A DNA stretch of 64,000 nucleotides from the human T2T-CHM13v2.0 reference genome, Homo sapiens: the NCBI RefSeq assembly GCF_009914755.1, contig NC_060931.1, one strand, 5' to 3'. The notes under the pieces were generated by a model that made no database searches, was not told the DNA's origin, and saw only the letters and a list, made by a program, of their open reading frames with translations. Below are positions 61,422-64,000 of the stretch, piece by piece (position 1 is the first letter of the stretch; every line of letters starts with the position of its first letter). A program made the position numbers and the translations under genes.

Positions 61422-61631
61422 GCCTGGGCATTCCCAGAGAGGAAGGGCCGCTGTGCACTGCCCGGCCTTCAGAAAGACAGAATTTCATCACCCAATGCAG
61501 GGGGAGCTCTTCCTGGACCAAGGGAGGAGCCGCTCATTCACCCAACAAAACTGTGTCTTATCTGCCAGGAAAGACCAGCCTCACTCCTGGGAACTGTCTG
61601 GCAGGTAGGCTGGGCCCCCCAGTGCTGTTAG

Positions 61632-61637
61632 AATAAA
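61632..61637 (+). terminator. ZNHIT1: ZNHIT1 polyadenylation signal
   Basis: AATAAA about 210 nt after the stop, followed by a GT-rich downstream element. Confidence 0.85.
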
Positions 61638-61873
61638 AAGCCTCGTGCCGGAAGCCTTCCTGTTTGGTCGTGGTGTGTTTGAGGTGATGGTAATGGGTCA
61701 CCCGTCTCTCCTGCTCACGGCTCTGTCTCTCTTCCTCCTGCCTCCCACTCACCCCTGCCACCGTCCGCCCCTCTGTGTCCCTGATCGCGAGAGATTCTGT
61801 CCCATTTTCCTGCCACCCCCGAGCCCCTGCCCTCCTTGGCTGCTTCTTTAAGTCTTTTTGGTTATTGATTTAG

Positions 61874-64000
<2,127 letters not shown>

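Overview
Human genomic DNA, recognisable as the chr7q22.1 VGF-NAT16-MOGAT3-PLOD3-ZNHIT1 interval. It is eukaryotic, GC-rich and very Alu-dense after about 10.4 kb. On the minus strand it carries VGF (N-terminal ~530 codons; the CDS runs off the window start), NAT16 (369 aa, 3 coding exons), MOGAT3 (341 aa, 7 exons), an unprocessed DGAT2/MOGAT-family pseudogene (DGAT2L7P), a processed RPSA pseudogene and PLOD3 (738 aa, 19 exons). On the plus strand it carries ZNHIT1 (154 aa, 5 exons), head-to-head with PLOD3. All coding exon boundaries were derived by hand from GT-AG junctions and checked by phase and total length. No prokaryotic-type system (CRISPR, operon) is present. Points worth a second look: (1) DGAT2L7P has MOGAT1/2-like exon architecture, every catalytic motif is degraded, yet a cryptic acceptor keeps its 3' exons in frame; (2) its exon 1 and the RPSA retrocopy's 3'UTR/poly(A) are both missing, possibly through one deletion; (3) two candidate upstream VGF exons carry ATGs in frame with the VGF signal peptide; (4) RE1/REST elements sit at the VGF start site and in NAT16; (5) a strong CTCF motif lies between the neuroendocrine and intestinal genes; (6) HNF4/NR5A motifs and a 49-bp duplicated DR1 unit occur at MOGAT3.
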